From positions 62,001 through 92,500 of the forward strand of contig MEDY01000187.1 of assembly GCA_001724265.1 (NCBI GenBank): a stretch of DNA of 30,500 nucleotides, written 5' to 3'. The notes beneath the pieces are model-generated. The model made no database searches. It had not been told where the DNA came from and saw only the letters and a program-made list of their open reading frames with translations. Below are positions 1-13,400 of this stretch, piece by piece; position 1 is the first letter of the stretch; each line of letters opens with the position of its first letter. Origin of the DNA: Rhizaria sp. SCN 62-66 (lineage: Eukaryota). The translations under genes were made by a program, and so were the position numbers.

Positions 1-2
1 CA

Positions 3-1181
3 ACCCCTAGCAGTGCATGCGATAGACTGAGCGGTGTCGGCAATCCACACTGGTTTGCTGCTGCGTCCACCGACGGCACTGTCTGCATTGGCGACATCCG
101 TCGCGGTTCCTCGCCATTGGACAGCACCGCGAGCGCAATCGCCCCCACTCAATCCGAGCATATCACGCCGTCGTCGCCGCTCTGGGGGCTGGCGCGCGCT
201 CCTACCGCCTCAGAGCGCGCGCAGTCGCAGCCGTCAGTGCTGTATTCGCTGCGCGGCCATCCCAGCTCCGTGCTGCCGTTGCGCGGTGCTGTGAACACGC
301 GGGAGACGGCAGTGTTTCTGGGCGGTGGCGACGGCGTCGTGCGGGCGTGGGACGTGGCCACGGGGCTCTCCGTCGCTGAAGTGGCCGCGATTCCCGTGTC
401 ATGGCTCTCGAGTAGCATGCAGCCTAAACCGAGTTTCATTGGAAGCAATGCACACAACAAAAGCGAGAGCTCCCGGACATCGCTATTTGGGAATGTTCCG
501 ACAGATTCAGTGACTCTGGCACGTACACACCCGGCTCAAGCGTGGCAGCAGGCCCCGTCGCCTGCCGTCGTGCTCGACAACATTCGCACGGCCCCCTGGG
601 CGTAGGGCCAGACATCGGACAGCGACAGACTTGGCACGATCGAGACTGGCACATGGTTGAACTCGAACAGCTCTCGCCACTGCCCAGTACACTCTACTGC
701 TGCTGATGACCGACCCACTCGCGCTAGCAACGCTACAATGCATTCTTCGCATTCTTCACTTACGTGCCCCGGTTGCCGATTGGCTGTCGCAGCTGCTGAA
801 GCTGAGTGCCGAGCTCGGGGACAGTGGGCGGGTGCGATTGGCCGTGTTATGAACACTCTTGCAACCACTGATGCAGATGCTGTGCGCACACAGATGAGCA
901 TCAGTCGCAAAGACAAGGTCGCTGGTAAGAATGCAAGCGATGCGCCCAGTGACGACGTGACGCCACAATTTCAACCGCCGCGTGTCTCGTTTGCACTCGC
1001 GTGGGATCCCTCATGGCAAGGGCTGTTTGTGGCGCACGAGGTCGAGCACTGTGCAGTGTCGGTGCCCCCACGTGCGAGTGACCGCGCGAATGATCATCGC
1101 AACGGCGAGAGCGCAAGTGGAGCAACCACAGCTGTAGTGATGAAAGGTGGCATCTCTGCATTCCACTTTCCCGGACTTTGA
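3..1181 (+). CDS. WD40-repeat protein, DCAF4/WDR21-like; 5'-truncated by the window, with an in-frame TAG at 603-605
   Basis: The frame is open from base 3. It reads NPHWFAAASTDGTVCIGDIRR (42-104) and then LYSLRGHPSSVLPLRGAVNTRETAVFLGGGDGVVRAWDVATG (~240-365), a GH...WD repeat that resembles the last repeats of DCAF4/WDR21 as I recall them. Track ORFs 117-605 and 657-1181 are in the same frame, separated only by TAG 603-605. The second part contains the strand-like segments SFALAWDPSWQGLFVAH (987-1037) and KGGISAFHF. Composition turns AT-rich just after TGA 1179-1181. The true end could be 605 instead. Confidence 0.6.
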
Positions 1182-1463
1182 GTTCTTTTCAACGCATCAT
1201 GAAGTGATTTAAGACGAAATTAAAATCATATTTTATTCTTTACTTTAAAACAGCTATATTAGACGTGAAACATACTTAGAGTTGTCTCATAATGAGATAC
1301 ATAGTGACTCGCATATGATTGCAGCAAAATACACTCTTAAGCAATTAAGGAACAAACTCAAACAAAATCAAACTCAGTCTGGTTCAATTAGTGATCCCAA
1401 CGAAAATCAGAACAGATCAACATGACAAACTTATACTCGTTCAAAAAAGAAGCATTTAACAAC
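1182..1463. other. AT-rich spacer holding the 3' UTRs of two convergent genes
   Basis: GC drops sharply between the + strand TGA (1181) and the - strand TAA (1464-1466). The spacer is 282 bp. Confidence 0.7.
1219..1237. terminator. Candidate polyadenylation hexamers on both strands
   Basis: ATTAAA on + at 1219-1224, and AATAAA on - (TTTATT at 1232-1237). Such hexamers also occur by chance in AT-rich DNA. Confidence 0.25.
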
Positions 1464-4400
1464 TTACTCGGCGGCGGGGTCAAGCGAGCCGAGAGCACGC
1501 ATGCTACCGTCACCGCACACCACGAGCACACTGATCGCGCCGTTCGCAGCGTTGGCGCAGACAACCTGCTTGACACCAAGGGGGAAGCCACCGCCGGCAG
1601 CGTGCGCCGCGAGCAGCGCCGCGAGGCCCGTCACACCAGACGCGTCCTTGCGCGTCGCCGAGCTCGAGCTCTCCTTGCTGGCGTCCTTGCCGGCGGCAGG
1701 GCCGTCCGCGAGAGAGGACACCGCGGCGGTTGCGTGCGTGTACACGTGCTGCAGACGCAGACCGGGGCCGATGGCGACACCGCTGTTCGCGAGGTACAAA
1801 GCCATGCTGACGCACTCATCGTCATCATCGCCGCCGTTGGCACCAGCAAGCGCAGCATCAACGACAGTCTGCACGGATAGCAAAGCCGCAGCAGTGGCGG
1901 CCCGTGTGGAAGAAGTCGACGTGGTGTTCTGCGCCGCGTTGGCACCGTCACCGCCGCTGCTGCCGCTGGATTTGTTGCGCTGCTGCGGCTGCTGCAGGTC
2001 CTGCAGGTCCGCCGCACGGACCGCGGCGACAGCAGCAGCCTGGGCCTGGTGGACGGAAGACATGTTCAGCGCCAGGGCGAGCGTGCGGCGCGACAGCACG
2101 GGGCAGGCCGCTCGGCGCGGGGGCCGGCGCACGCCTGCATTGCAATGCGCATGGACGCCGCGATCCTGCAGCAGCGTGTCCTCGTCGTCCGAGTCGGAGC
2201 CGTCGAGCCCGTCGTCGTTGGCGTCGGCGTAGCCGTACGTGGCGAGCACGGCGGCCGTGGGCGCGATGTCCGCGCCCGTGGCGGCGGCAGCGGGTGCGAC
2301 GACGAGGCTGTCGGCAATGGACATCACGAACATGTTGCCGTAGTTGTCGCCGGCGAGCAAGGCCTTGAGCGTCGGCGAGTACGACACGCTCGTCACGATC
2401 GACCGGCCGTGGCGCTGGCCCGCGGGCGCCGAGAGCAGCACGCCGGCCGACGCCGCGGAGCCGCCCGCAGCGGCGGCGGCGGCGGCCGAAGCGGCGCGCA
2501 CGGCGGCCGGCGGCGCGAGGCCAAGCAGGTGGACCTGGCGCGGCGCGGCGGTGACAGCCACGTCCGCCGAGACGAACCCGCCGGCGGGCGCCTCGGCCGT
2601 CTTGACCGCGGTGTGTGGGAAGACGAACGACGCGAGCTGCGCCAGCGGCGGCAGCGCCTGCATCTGCGGCACCGGCACCGGCAGCGAGGACAAGTACAGG
2701 TGCAGCGAGCGGACGATGCCCACGTGCGCGGGCTCAAGCCCCGCGGCGGTGGCGGCCGCGGCAGAGGCTGCGCCTCGCTCGCGCAGGGCTGCGACCTGTC
2801 CGGCACTGGTGGTGCCGGAGCCGCGGACGAGCGCCTGGGGGCCGTTGCCGCCGGCGGGGATGGCGCCGGGCGGGAGCGGGGACTCGGGCGACGCGGCGGA
2901 GCGCTGCATGGCGGCAGTAGTGGCGACCCCGAGCGGCGCGGGCGCGAGCACGGCGTGCGTGGCGAGCAGGCGCAGCGCGGCCGCGAGCGACGGCGACGCG
3001 GCCTGGCTGACCGCGCCGCCGCCAAGTAGCGAAGACGGGACGACCCATGCACCCGCGGCCGACTGCGACGCGGGGACGGCGGCCGCGGTGGAGATCACGG
3101 CGGCCTCGTTGGTGAGGTCGATGCGCTGGCGAACGACGTTTGCGCGCACGTCGAGGATCGCCAGCAGCGCGGACGAGTGCGCGCCGGAGGCGCCCGCGCC
3201 GGACTGGTTCTGGTGCAGCGGGTCGTCAAAGGCGTGCCAAGGGAACGAATCGTCGCTGTCGACGCTGTCGAGCGCGAAGGGCAGGAACGCCTCGGCAGCG
3301 GCAGACGGGCTGATGCCGCTGTTGCCCGCCGCGAACGCAGCCGCGGAGGCCGAGGACGGCGGGGCGGCGACGTAGGGGGACACGGCGGAGCCGGCGGCAA
3401 TGGCGGCGGCGGTGGACGACGCGCTGGTGCTGTTGCTGGCGCCCAAGACCGAGAGCGCGCCGCCGGGGCCGAGCACGACGCCGTCGCCGACGGTGATGAG
3501 ACCGCCGCCGCAGACGATCCAGCCCAGTCCATCGAGGCACTCGATTGAGGTGACGACAGGGAGGATCACGGGCAGCGGCGGCGGGAGGCCGGCGCCACTC
3601 AAAGCGGTCGCAGCGGCGGCGGCAGCGGCGGCGGCGGTGCCTGAGGCTGAGCCCGACTGCGGCGCGAGCGTGGTGGCCGCGGTGACGACGGTGGCGCCGG
3701 AGATGGAGAGCGCGAGCTGCACGGGCTTGGCGCCGACGCTGGCCAGCAAGGCCTGCACCGGCGCCGCGGGGACGTAGCCCTGGGCCGCGGCCAGAGTCGA
3801 CACCGGGTTCGCGGCCGCGGAGAGTGCGACGGCGGAAGCGGCGGCGGCGGGCGACATGGTCGCGGAGACGAGCGTCGCCGGGGGCACGATGTCGCGGCTG
3901 CTGGCGGGCGCGGCGATGCCCGTGCAGAGCGAAAGAGCGGGCGAGAAGCTAGCCGAGACAGAGACACTGGTCAGCGACGCGCGCTCGGACGAGCTGGCGT
4001 CCGCGGCGGCCGCGGCGTCGGGCCCAGCGGAGGGCCCGGCCGCGAAGGCCGCCAGCGCCGCAGGGTTGGTCTTGGTCTCCGCAGCGACGACGGCGGCGCC
4101 AAGCGCGACCGCCTGCGCGACAGAGACCTGTGTGATGACGCTGGGGGAGAGGCCGCCGCGGACGGCCGCGCGCATCGACGTCGCGCGCGTGGACACAGCC
4201 TCAGAGAAGACGGTGAAGGAGCTGAGGCGGCGCGGCACGAAGTCGGCGGCGGCGATGGCGACGGCGGCCGTGGACAGGCACGGCGACAGGTCCCACAGTA
4301 CGAGGTTGGCGGCGTGCGGGGACGCCATGCGCGAGGCGGCGGAGCCGGGCACGGTGGACACGGGCGCGAGCGAGCCCATACCGGCAGTCGCGAGCACGAG

Positions 4401-7400
4401 GCCTCCCGCTGCGGCGGTGATGGTCGCGCCGTGGCTCGACGCGCCGGTCGCGGACGCGGCGGCGGCGGCGGCGACCACCGCGGCCGAGGCGGAGGACGCG
4501 GGCACGAAGCGGATCACGGTGCCGCGGCGCGCGAGCGAGCGCCAGAGGAAGCGCGCGGGCAGCACGGGCACGGGCGCCGCGGCGGCGATGACCGCGGGCG
4601 ACGGCGCCTGAGGGGTCTTGCCGCCCTGCATCGACGACGCGTGGATCTGTGCCGCGCACTGCGAGCAAGGGGGCTGCGCGAGCGCGGCGACGGTGGTCGA
4701 CAGGCCGCCGCCGATGCCGTTGCTCATCGCTGCCGCCGCCGCGGCCGCAGTCGCGGGGTCGGTGCCGTGCACGGGCGCGAAGCTGGCGGCCGCGTCGAGC
4801 GTGGCGGGCGACAGCGCCCACACCGCGGTGTAGCCGCGGCGGGTGAGGGCTGCGATGTACGTGCCGGTGGGGTCGAACGTGAGATCCACGATGCGGTCCG
4901 CCATGGCGACGCCGCCAGAGCCAGGCGTGGGGATGGTGCCCGCAACGCCAGCGCCGGCGCCCACGGGGGCCGAGGCCGCGGTGCGGTGACGCCCGGGCTG
5001 CGCACGGTGCAGGCAGCGCACGTCGAGCGCGCAGAGACACAGCTCGGCGCCGCCGCCGCACGTGTTGCACTGGTTGATCGGAGCGCGCGGGCCGGAGCTG
5101 CCATTCGCACTCGCGCTGCCGCTGCCGCCACTACTGCCACCGGCGCCGCTACCGCTGCCACTGCTGCTGCTGCTCGAGGAGCTGGACTTCTTGGAGTTGG
5201 ACGCCGAGGGCAGGATACCGGAAAAGAAGCTGCCCCAGCCGCGCGTCTTGGGCTGCGCGGGCGCGGTGGGGACCGCGGGCGCGGGCGGCATCGCGGTCGC
5301 CAGAGCGAGCTCGGGCGCCAGACCCGCGGCGGCGGCGAGCGCGCCCGCATGCGCCTGGAGATTGGCCTGCGCGCCGGCGTCGATGGACGCAGGCCCGGTG
5401 TGCGGCGCGGCGACGAAGACGAGCGCGGCGATCGGGATGGGGCTGAAGAAGTGCCACAGCAGGATCTGGTTGTGCAGGTTCGCCGACACATAGAGCGGCA
5501 GCGTCGGGTGCGAGGCCAGCGCCGTAACGGCCTTGACGCGCAGCTGGCGCGACCACTGGTTGGTGCGCGGCCACGCCGACAGCGACGGGTCCGCGACCGC
5601 GGCGGCGACGAGCGCGCTGGCGGCCGCGGTCGACAAGGCGGGCGCGGCAGACGGGCTCGGCAGCGGCGCGGTGCCCGTCACTGTCGCGTTCGCGCCGGGC
5701 ACGTTGGCGGTGGCGTCGGAGATCGAGCTGCCGCCCGCGGTCGACGGGAGGCGGCTGCCGGTGCTTGCGACCGTGGTGAGCTGCGTGGGCGACAGCGCGT
5801 TCGAGTTGGCGCTGGGGCCGGTGGCCGCCGCGGAGCTGGGCACCGCGAGCGCGCTGCGCGAATGCTGCAGCTGCGTCGAGGCGCTGGTCGAGGCGTTGAC
5901 GGGGCGACCGAAACCGTCCGTGGCGGGCGTGATCGCGATCGCCATCGACTCCATCTCTGCAACGTGCGCGGCGTCCGCGGCGGCGGCGTGCATCTGCAGG
6001 CGCGCGAAGGAGGGGAACACGACGTCGCTGTACTTGCGGCCCATGTGCGTCGCAGCGACGGCCAGGTACGGCTGCAGCAGGGACGCCAGCGAGCCGTGGC
6101 CGTCATAGATGCCCGCGCGCGCGCCGGCCGAGACAAGCGAGACAGAACGCAGAGAGCTCGTGGCCATCGAGTATCGGATACGCGCGAAACGGCTCTTCGA
6201 AGCCGCGGTCGCGGCCGCAGCGACAACAGCGGCGGTCTGCGCAGATGACAGACGCAGCGCGGTGGCGAGCGCGCAGACGTACGCGCGTGCAGAGCGGGCG
6301 AGCGCGTTGGCGGCAGGCTGCGACACAGTGTCGATTGACAAAGCGCGCGAGAGCGTGTCCTCAGAGAACGCGCGCGAGCCGGCAAAGGCAGGAACGGTGG
6401 CCGTGGTGCCGCCGAACGCGCCGGTGCGCGCGATGACGCCCTGCGCGGTAACCGAGAGCCCGCGGACGCAGGCACCGAGCCAGCGCTCGCGGTGGGCGAG
6501 GAAGGTCAGCGAAAGCAGCCACGCGGCCTCGGACATTGGCGCCAGCACCCAGTCGGAAGGGGACGACACGAGCGTCTCCAGGAAGTCGGTCTGCTGCGCG
6601 GTGGCCGCAGCGCTGTCACGCGAGTTGTACGCGTTGTTGCCGGGCGTACCGCTGGGCTGCGCCCCGTTGAGCGGCGGCAGTCCGCGGCGCGCGCGGGCGA
6701 TGTCGACGATCTTGGTCGTGCTCGCACATGACAGCGCCGAGATGCCGTCGTCCTCAAGTGTGGACACATCGGCGTAGAAGGGGTCCGCCGTGTGCACCGC
6801 GGCGGCGAGAGGGCCGAGCGAGCGCGAGAGCGCGGCGCGACGCGAGATAAGCGCGCGCATGCCGAGAATGCCGCTGAGGTTGATCTCCTTGAGACCCGCG
6901 GCAGTGGCGACGACGGCGAAGCTGGGATCGGCGCTGTTGAACGCGACGCCAGTGGCCGGAGGCGCGGTATCGTCCGCGGACAGCGACCAGAGGCTGTTGC
7001 TGGCACCACTGCGCGTCGCCATCAGCGCGCTGAGCGGGTCAGACACAGACCGCCCGCCCGTGGTGGCTGCGTACACGGTGACGGGGCCGAAGACGTCGAC
7101 TGTGGGCGCGGAGGACGCGTAGCGCTCTTCCACGGACAGGGGCGCGAACGCGAGTGGCGAGCGCGAGATAGCGCCGGCAATGCCGCGCAGCACGGCGTCG
7201 CGGGAGCGGCTCGAAGTCAGCGACTGCGCAACGGCACTGACGGAGCCGGCGCGGTCAGTCGACATCTGGTCCTCGGTCACCGCGTCCGCATTGGCTTCGC
7301 TGAGGGAGCGCTCGAGCATCGTGTTCGCGACCATCATCTTGCTGGTGACGGCGTTACGCGCGGTGTGGCTCGCCATGACGTCGGGCGCCACGGCCATCGC

Positions 7401-10400
7401 GATCGCGAGCTCGACCTCGCGCTGCAGCAGCACGCCGACGTCGGCGCCCGCCGCGCCGCAGTCCTCGTCGACCGCGACGGCCACGGCGGGCCCGACGGTG
7501 AGGCGCGTTACGGGGGACGGCGCGGCGGCGGCGCGGGCCAGCATCGACAGCGACGCGAGAGCGGGGAACGCCGCGATGCCGGCCAGCGCGGCGGCGCGGC
7601 GCGCGAGCGCGGAGGAGTCGGGCACGGCGACGACCCAGCTGCTCGCGGGACGGCACAGGCGCAGCGGGGGCACGAACGCGCAGCGGCGGAGGCGGGTCGC
7701 GGGGACCTGCGCCTGCGCGCCGCTCGCGCCGTAGCGGCCGCGGCGCGCAGACGAGTCGGGACCGGGCGAAGGACTGGTGCTCGAGTTCGCAGCCCCAGCA
7801 GCGGCGGCGGCAGCGGCGGGGTCGAGCAGCGTGCCGATGTTGGTGTCGACAAGCAGACGGGGGATTTCGGGCTTGCGGCAGCCGACGGCGGCCATGACGT
7901 CAGAGACGTACGGCAGCAGGCGCTGGTACATGCCCCAGCGCGCCCACAGCGCCGTGGCGTCCGACACGGGCAGCGGCGGCCACAGCAGCGACTCCATGAG
8001 GGCGAAGACGGGGAACGGCATGACGTAGCCGCCGCGTGCGTTGGCGTCGCCGTCTTCGTCGTCGCTGTCACTGTCGTGCGCGCCGCTGTTGTAGCTGTAG
8101 TGGCGGGACGTGGAGGCCGTGGGCGAGCGCAGGTTGCCGGGCGTGAGCGAATTGTTGCCGGAGCTGCTATTGCCACCGGACGAGCCGCTGCTCGGTGTGT
8201 ACGTGGGCGCAGACGGCACGAGCAGGATCGACTCGGCGGGGTCCTGGTTGGGTGCCATCGTGATCGACGCCGACGACGTGAGCAGCTGTGACGCGCTCTG
8301 GCCGGCCTCGCTGCCACTGGCCGCGGGCGACGACGCCGCAGCGCACGCCGCAGTGACGAGCGTGGCGCCGTTGTCGAACTCGTTGCAGTGAAGCTCGCGG
8401 CCGTGCGCGCGCACGCCGCCCTTGCCGACAGAGCCGGTGCCGTGGGCAAGCGCAGTCGAGATGGAGGACAGCACAAAGCTGGACACCACCGTCGCAGCGG
8501 TCGCAGCAGCCCCAGTAGCGCCGACCACGGCAGCGGCCGTCGGGGGAGCCAGCGCGATGGTCGCGACTGAGCTAGGCTTGCTAGAAACGGCGCTGAGGGC
8601 GGTGTTAGCGATGATGCTCGCGTGCAGCGTTGCGACGTGGATGGCCACGGCACGCTCCTGCTCGCGCGCGCGCTGGATCGTGCCGATCGCGGCACGGCGC
8701 GAACCAATGCCACAGAGCACAACGCGGGGCAGCGCGGCGAGCGCGCCGACAGCGACCGCGCCGACAGCGATGAACGCGCTGGCGCGGGCCGAGGGGCGGG
8801 GCTGCAGCACAACGCCCAGCGGGGACGGCTGCAGCGGGGGCACGAGCCACGGCAGCGAGACGAGCTGTGACGCGGCCGACGCTGACGGGCCGGCGTTCGC
8901 CGAGAGACCGAGACGCTTGCGGGCAGCGGCCGCGGCGGCAGCGGTAGACTGCGACTCATCGGACGCGGCTTGCGCGAACAGCGAAGCCGAGGCGGATGAG
9001 CTGAGACGCAGCGCGACGCCGGCCACGGAGAGCATGCCGCCGATGATGTGCGCCTTGAGCTCACGCGCGCTGCGGGAACCGGTGGTATTGAGGCTAGCAT
9101 CGACCTCATCGCCGTCAGAGTCGGCATCGGCGGTGTTGTTCGCCCCAGGAGTCGGGGAAGCAACGTACAGACGGGTGCTGTCCGCGGGCTTCGCGGTGAT
9201 GCGCGCAGTGACAAGCTTCGTCGTCACGGACTCCGCAACCTTTGTCAGCGACGGTGCAAACAGCATCATGAGCCCGAGCCCACGAGCAGCCTCGCGCAGC
9301 AGCGCCACGCGCGCGCCTTCAACCGCGCACGCAAGCAGCCCGTTGGCGCCGCTGACGCCGCCGTTTCTCGCGCCGGACCCGGCGGAGGCGGCGGCGGTGG
9401 AGGCCGCGGACATCAGAGTCGCGTCGACGCGAGGGCCTGCAGTGACCTGCGCATACGCAGCGGCGAGCTGTTCAGGTGACGCGAGAGCGCCACCGTACGT
9501 GCCGTTGGAGCCTGTGGGGACGACTATGGGCGGCAGCGCGTGCGACTCAAACAGCGCCTTCTCCAGCATCGTCCGGTTCGCCAGCGCGCGCGCGTCGGTG
9601 TGAATCTGCGTGGTGAGGCGGTCCAGCGCGACGCGCAGGTTGCGGGTGAGCGCGGACGTCAGGCGGGCCGTGCTGTCGCGCACGGCGCGCAGCGAGCTTG
9701 TGTGCAGCAGCGGCAGGTTGACGTTGAGTGCCTGGCAACACGCGTCAGCGGGGTTGGCGCCGGCGGCGCCGCTCGCCGGGGAGGTGCGCAGGGGCGCCGA
9801 CACGGTGGCATTGACCGCGAAGTCGCCGAGGATGAGCGACGACGAGAACACGCGCTGCGGCGAGTAGACGCCGACGCCGCCGTACATGGCGGTGATCTTG
9901 GACAGCAGCTCACGCAGCGCGGTAAGCACGAACATGTCGCTCGCGAGCGTGTGCCAGCCGAACGCCAGCGCCGCGGCGGAGGGGTCAGCCAGCGCGGCGG
10001 CGACGAGGGGCGACGGGTGACTCGGCATGTGGCGCGGGTAACGCTCGTAACCGCCGGCACCGGGGGCCGCGCTGTTGGCGCCGCCGCGGGTGCCACCGGA
10101 GAAACCACTGGAGACGCGGCCGGGCGCGGAGGCCTGAGCGGCGGCGGCGCGGGTCTTGACGCCGCCGTGCGTGGCGTGCGCGCCGACGGCGAGAAGGTCG
10201 GCCTCCTCGATGGTCGGCATGGGCAGCTTCAGCAGCGCGGCTGGGATGCCGGCCGCGAGCAGCGAGTTGAGCGCCGACATGTGGCCCGACGCGATGGCCC
10301 AGAGCGTCTGCGCGACTTCCGAGAAGCACAGCAGCAGTGGCAGCAGCATGCGGCCGGACTTGTGCGTGCGCTCGAGCAGGAAGGACGACTGGCTCAGCGC

Positions 10401-13400
10401 GGGGCCCGCCGCCTGGCCTGCCTGCTGCTGGCGCTGGTGCTGGAACTGCGCCGCGAAGTACTGCTGCAAGTAAGCGACCTCGGCCTCGCCGGACGCCTGC
10501 GCGGTCGCAGACGCGGAGCCGCGGATCGCGCCCGTGCCCGAGTTGGCGCCACCAGCGGCCGCGATGGCAGCGGCGGCGGCGGCGGCGGGCGGCAGAGTCA
10601 TCGAGAGCGAATCCGCGCGCGTGGTGCGGTTCACAGCGGGGGCGCGGGCGTTGGTGTTGAAGGTGTTGTCCGCGGTGCTGTTGCGCGGCGACGGCGCTGT
10701 GGGCGCGGGGCCAGCGGAAGGGATCGCAATCGAGCCAGCCTTCGTGAGCAGGCTGCCCGCACCGACGGTGGCCCCTCCAGCGGCGGCGGCCCCGAAGGCC
10801 ATACTGGCCGAGTGCACGAGCTTGGGCGCGCCGCGCGAGGAGTGTGCGCTGGCGTTATGCGTCTGCCCGGCGTGGTGGTGATGGTGGTGGTGGTTGTGCG
10901 TGCCCGTCGTGCACGGAAGCCGCACCGACAGATAGCAGTTGTTGCGCGACGAACCCTCCGCCGCGCCGGGCGCTGTCGCCGCGTTCGCAGTACAGGGGTT
11001 AAGGATGAGTTCGAGCGCCTGCGGGAACGGCGTGCCCACGCGCACGAGCGTCATGACCGAGCGCAGCGGGCCCAGCGGGTCCAGCGCGCCGGGCGCGGCG
11101 ACGCTGCCGCTCTGCTGCTGCTGGTTAAGCGTCGACGGCAGCGTGAGGTCGCTGAAGTTACCCGCCGGGTCCGCCGTTGCGGACATCTGCTCGGGCGCGA
11201 ACAATACCTCGGACCACTGGCCGCAGCGGTTGACCATGGAGTAGAGCTGCGACCAGTAGCGCGGGCGGTGCAGCAGCTGGCCCAGCGAGCGCGTGCGCAG
11301 CAGCGCGGTGAGATCCTCGGCGTCGTGGCGCAGCAGCGAGAAGGCGAACTGCGGGCCGAACGTATGCGGCGAGATGTGGCCTGGCAGCGGCAGCGACATG
11401 AGCAGAGTGTACGGGTACGTGCGCCGGCGCGGGTCCCACGACGACAGCACGTTGCGCGCGGCCGCGGCGGTCATCGCGCAGGCCGCGGGGCTCGAGGTGC
11501 CGCGCAGCGCGGGGCTGTGCGTGCCGTCGCCGCCCATGGACGCCGTGGACGAGATGCGGCCGAGCTTGCTGCTGCGCGGGGTGTGGTGGTCAGTGCCGTT
11601 GGACAACACGCCCCCAGAGCCGGCTTGCGTCGCGAACGCGGAGGCGATCACGTTGGGGTTCGACCGGCCGCCGATAAGCGTCGGTGAAGAGGTGAGGTCG
11701 GCCGCCATTGAGGCCTCCAGAGTGAGCAACGGGATGAAAGAACGCTGAGCGTTGAGGTGCAGCGAGACGAGCGGGCGCAGACTGGCGCGGACGAGCAGCG
11801 CGGACGACAGCGACGCGATGAGCTTGAACGGGGACGTGTGCGCGATGCGCGCGAGGTGCAGCAAGTCGTGCGTGGTATCGGCGTCGAGCAGGCCGCACAC
11901 CAGCGACGCGTTCCAAGCGGCGGCCTCGTCCATAACCACAGGAACACTGCTGCCACCGATCACCCCAATCCCAGCAGCGGCGGGGGACGACGGGGAAGAC
12001 AGGGCGACACGGCCCACGCTACTCGCCGCAGTGAGCGGGCCCGGCGAAGACGTGCCGGGCGACGGAGATGTGCCGCCGTTGCTACTGCTGTTCGCGCCGC
12101 GCGGCGTTGTGTCGAGCATGGCGGCGGACTGGCGGAACCCGGCCGAGGCCGTCAGCAGCGACTGCACGATGCGGGCCACGAACACGGGCTGCGCGAGCCC
12201 GGGCAGCCGCGACGCGGCAGCGCAGGACGACGCGCGCGCAGACACGCCGGGGTTGCCGTTCAGCGCGGCGTCGCAGTTGGTGGTGGCATCGCGTGAGAGC
12301 ACTGGCGAGCCCCAGCCTAGACCCATGTTGTTGCTCGTGCCGCTGCTGGTGCGGTTCTGCGCCGGCGAGGCAAACGCAGTGAACTTCGCGACGGAGTTGC
12401 TGCTGCCGGGGTTGACGTTGCTGTAGTAGCCAGCACCGGCACCCGCGGCGTTAAACACGTTCTCGCCGTCGCTGTCGTTGTCGCTGCCGGAGGACGAGTC
12501 TGACTCGGGCGCCATATCGAGCGACATGCTGCGCACTTCACGCTCAGCACGGGCAGCTGCAGCGATGCGCAGCGGCCCCGCGGCGGCGACGCGCGTTAGC
12601 ACGTCGAGCGCGGAGAGCGCGAGGCCCTGGCGCTGGTACAGGCCGGCAGAGAGGCACGAGCTGAAGCGCAGCACCGTCGCCGCGGCGGCCGTCGCGGTCG
12701 TCAGCGGGAGGCTAGCCGCGAGCGCGACGAGGTGCGAAAATGGCACGACAACAACGTGGTGTGCGCGCAGCGGGACACTAGCAGCGGCCGCGGCGGCGGT
12801 GGCGGCGGCGGGCGTGCGCGCGCCGCGCACGGCGGGGAATGACACCGTGGACGTGATCGGGCACGGCTCGGGGACGAGCTCGGGGAAGCCGGTCGGGGCC
12901 ACAGTCACTACGGTCACGGACGCGGCGCGGTGCAGGACGTTGACGCGGCCCGCAGCGCCAGCGGCCACAGAGGCCGACGTCGCAGCCTTCGGAGCTCGAG
13001 TGTGTGCGCTTGCGCTGGTGTCGGTGATGTTCATCCCCGCGACGATGAGCGCGTCGACGGTCTTCTTGCGCAGCTCCTGCGAGGCGTAGTCGGAGAGCTC
13101 GACGGGCAGTGCGACGGAGCCGATGGCGTGACCTAGCGCGGCGACGGCGCCGACGGTGAGCACGTTCGCGGCGAGCATGGCGTCGAGGAGCGAGGCGGCC
13201 GCGGGGTCCAGCGTCGAGTACGACGGGAAGAAGAGCGGGCAGGGCGGCGACAGCGAGTCAAGCCACGGCACGGACCACACGGCTAGCGTCCCGTCCACAC
13301 TCACGCCGTCGGCGGTGCGCCACAACATCGCGCCGGGCGCGGCCGCAGTCGCGGACTTGGTGGCGCGACGCGAGCTGCTGGCGTTAGCGTTGGAGCCGGC

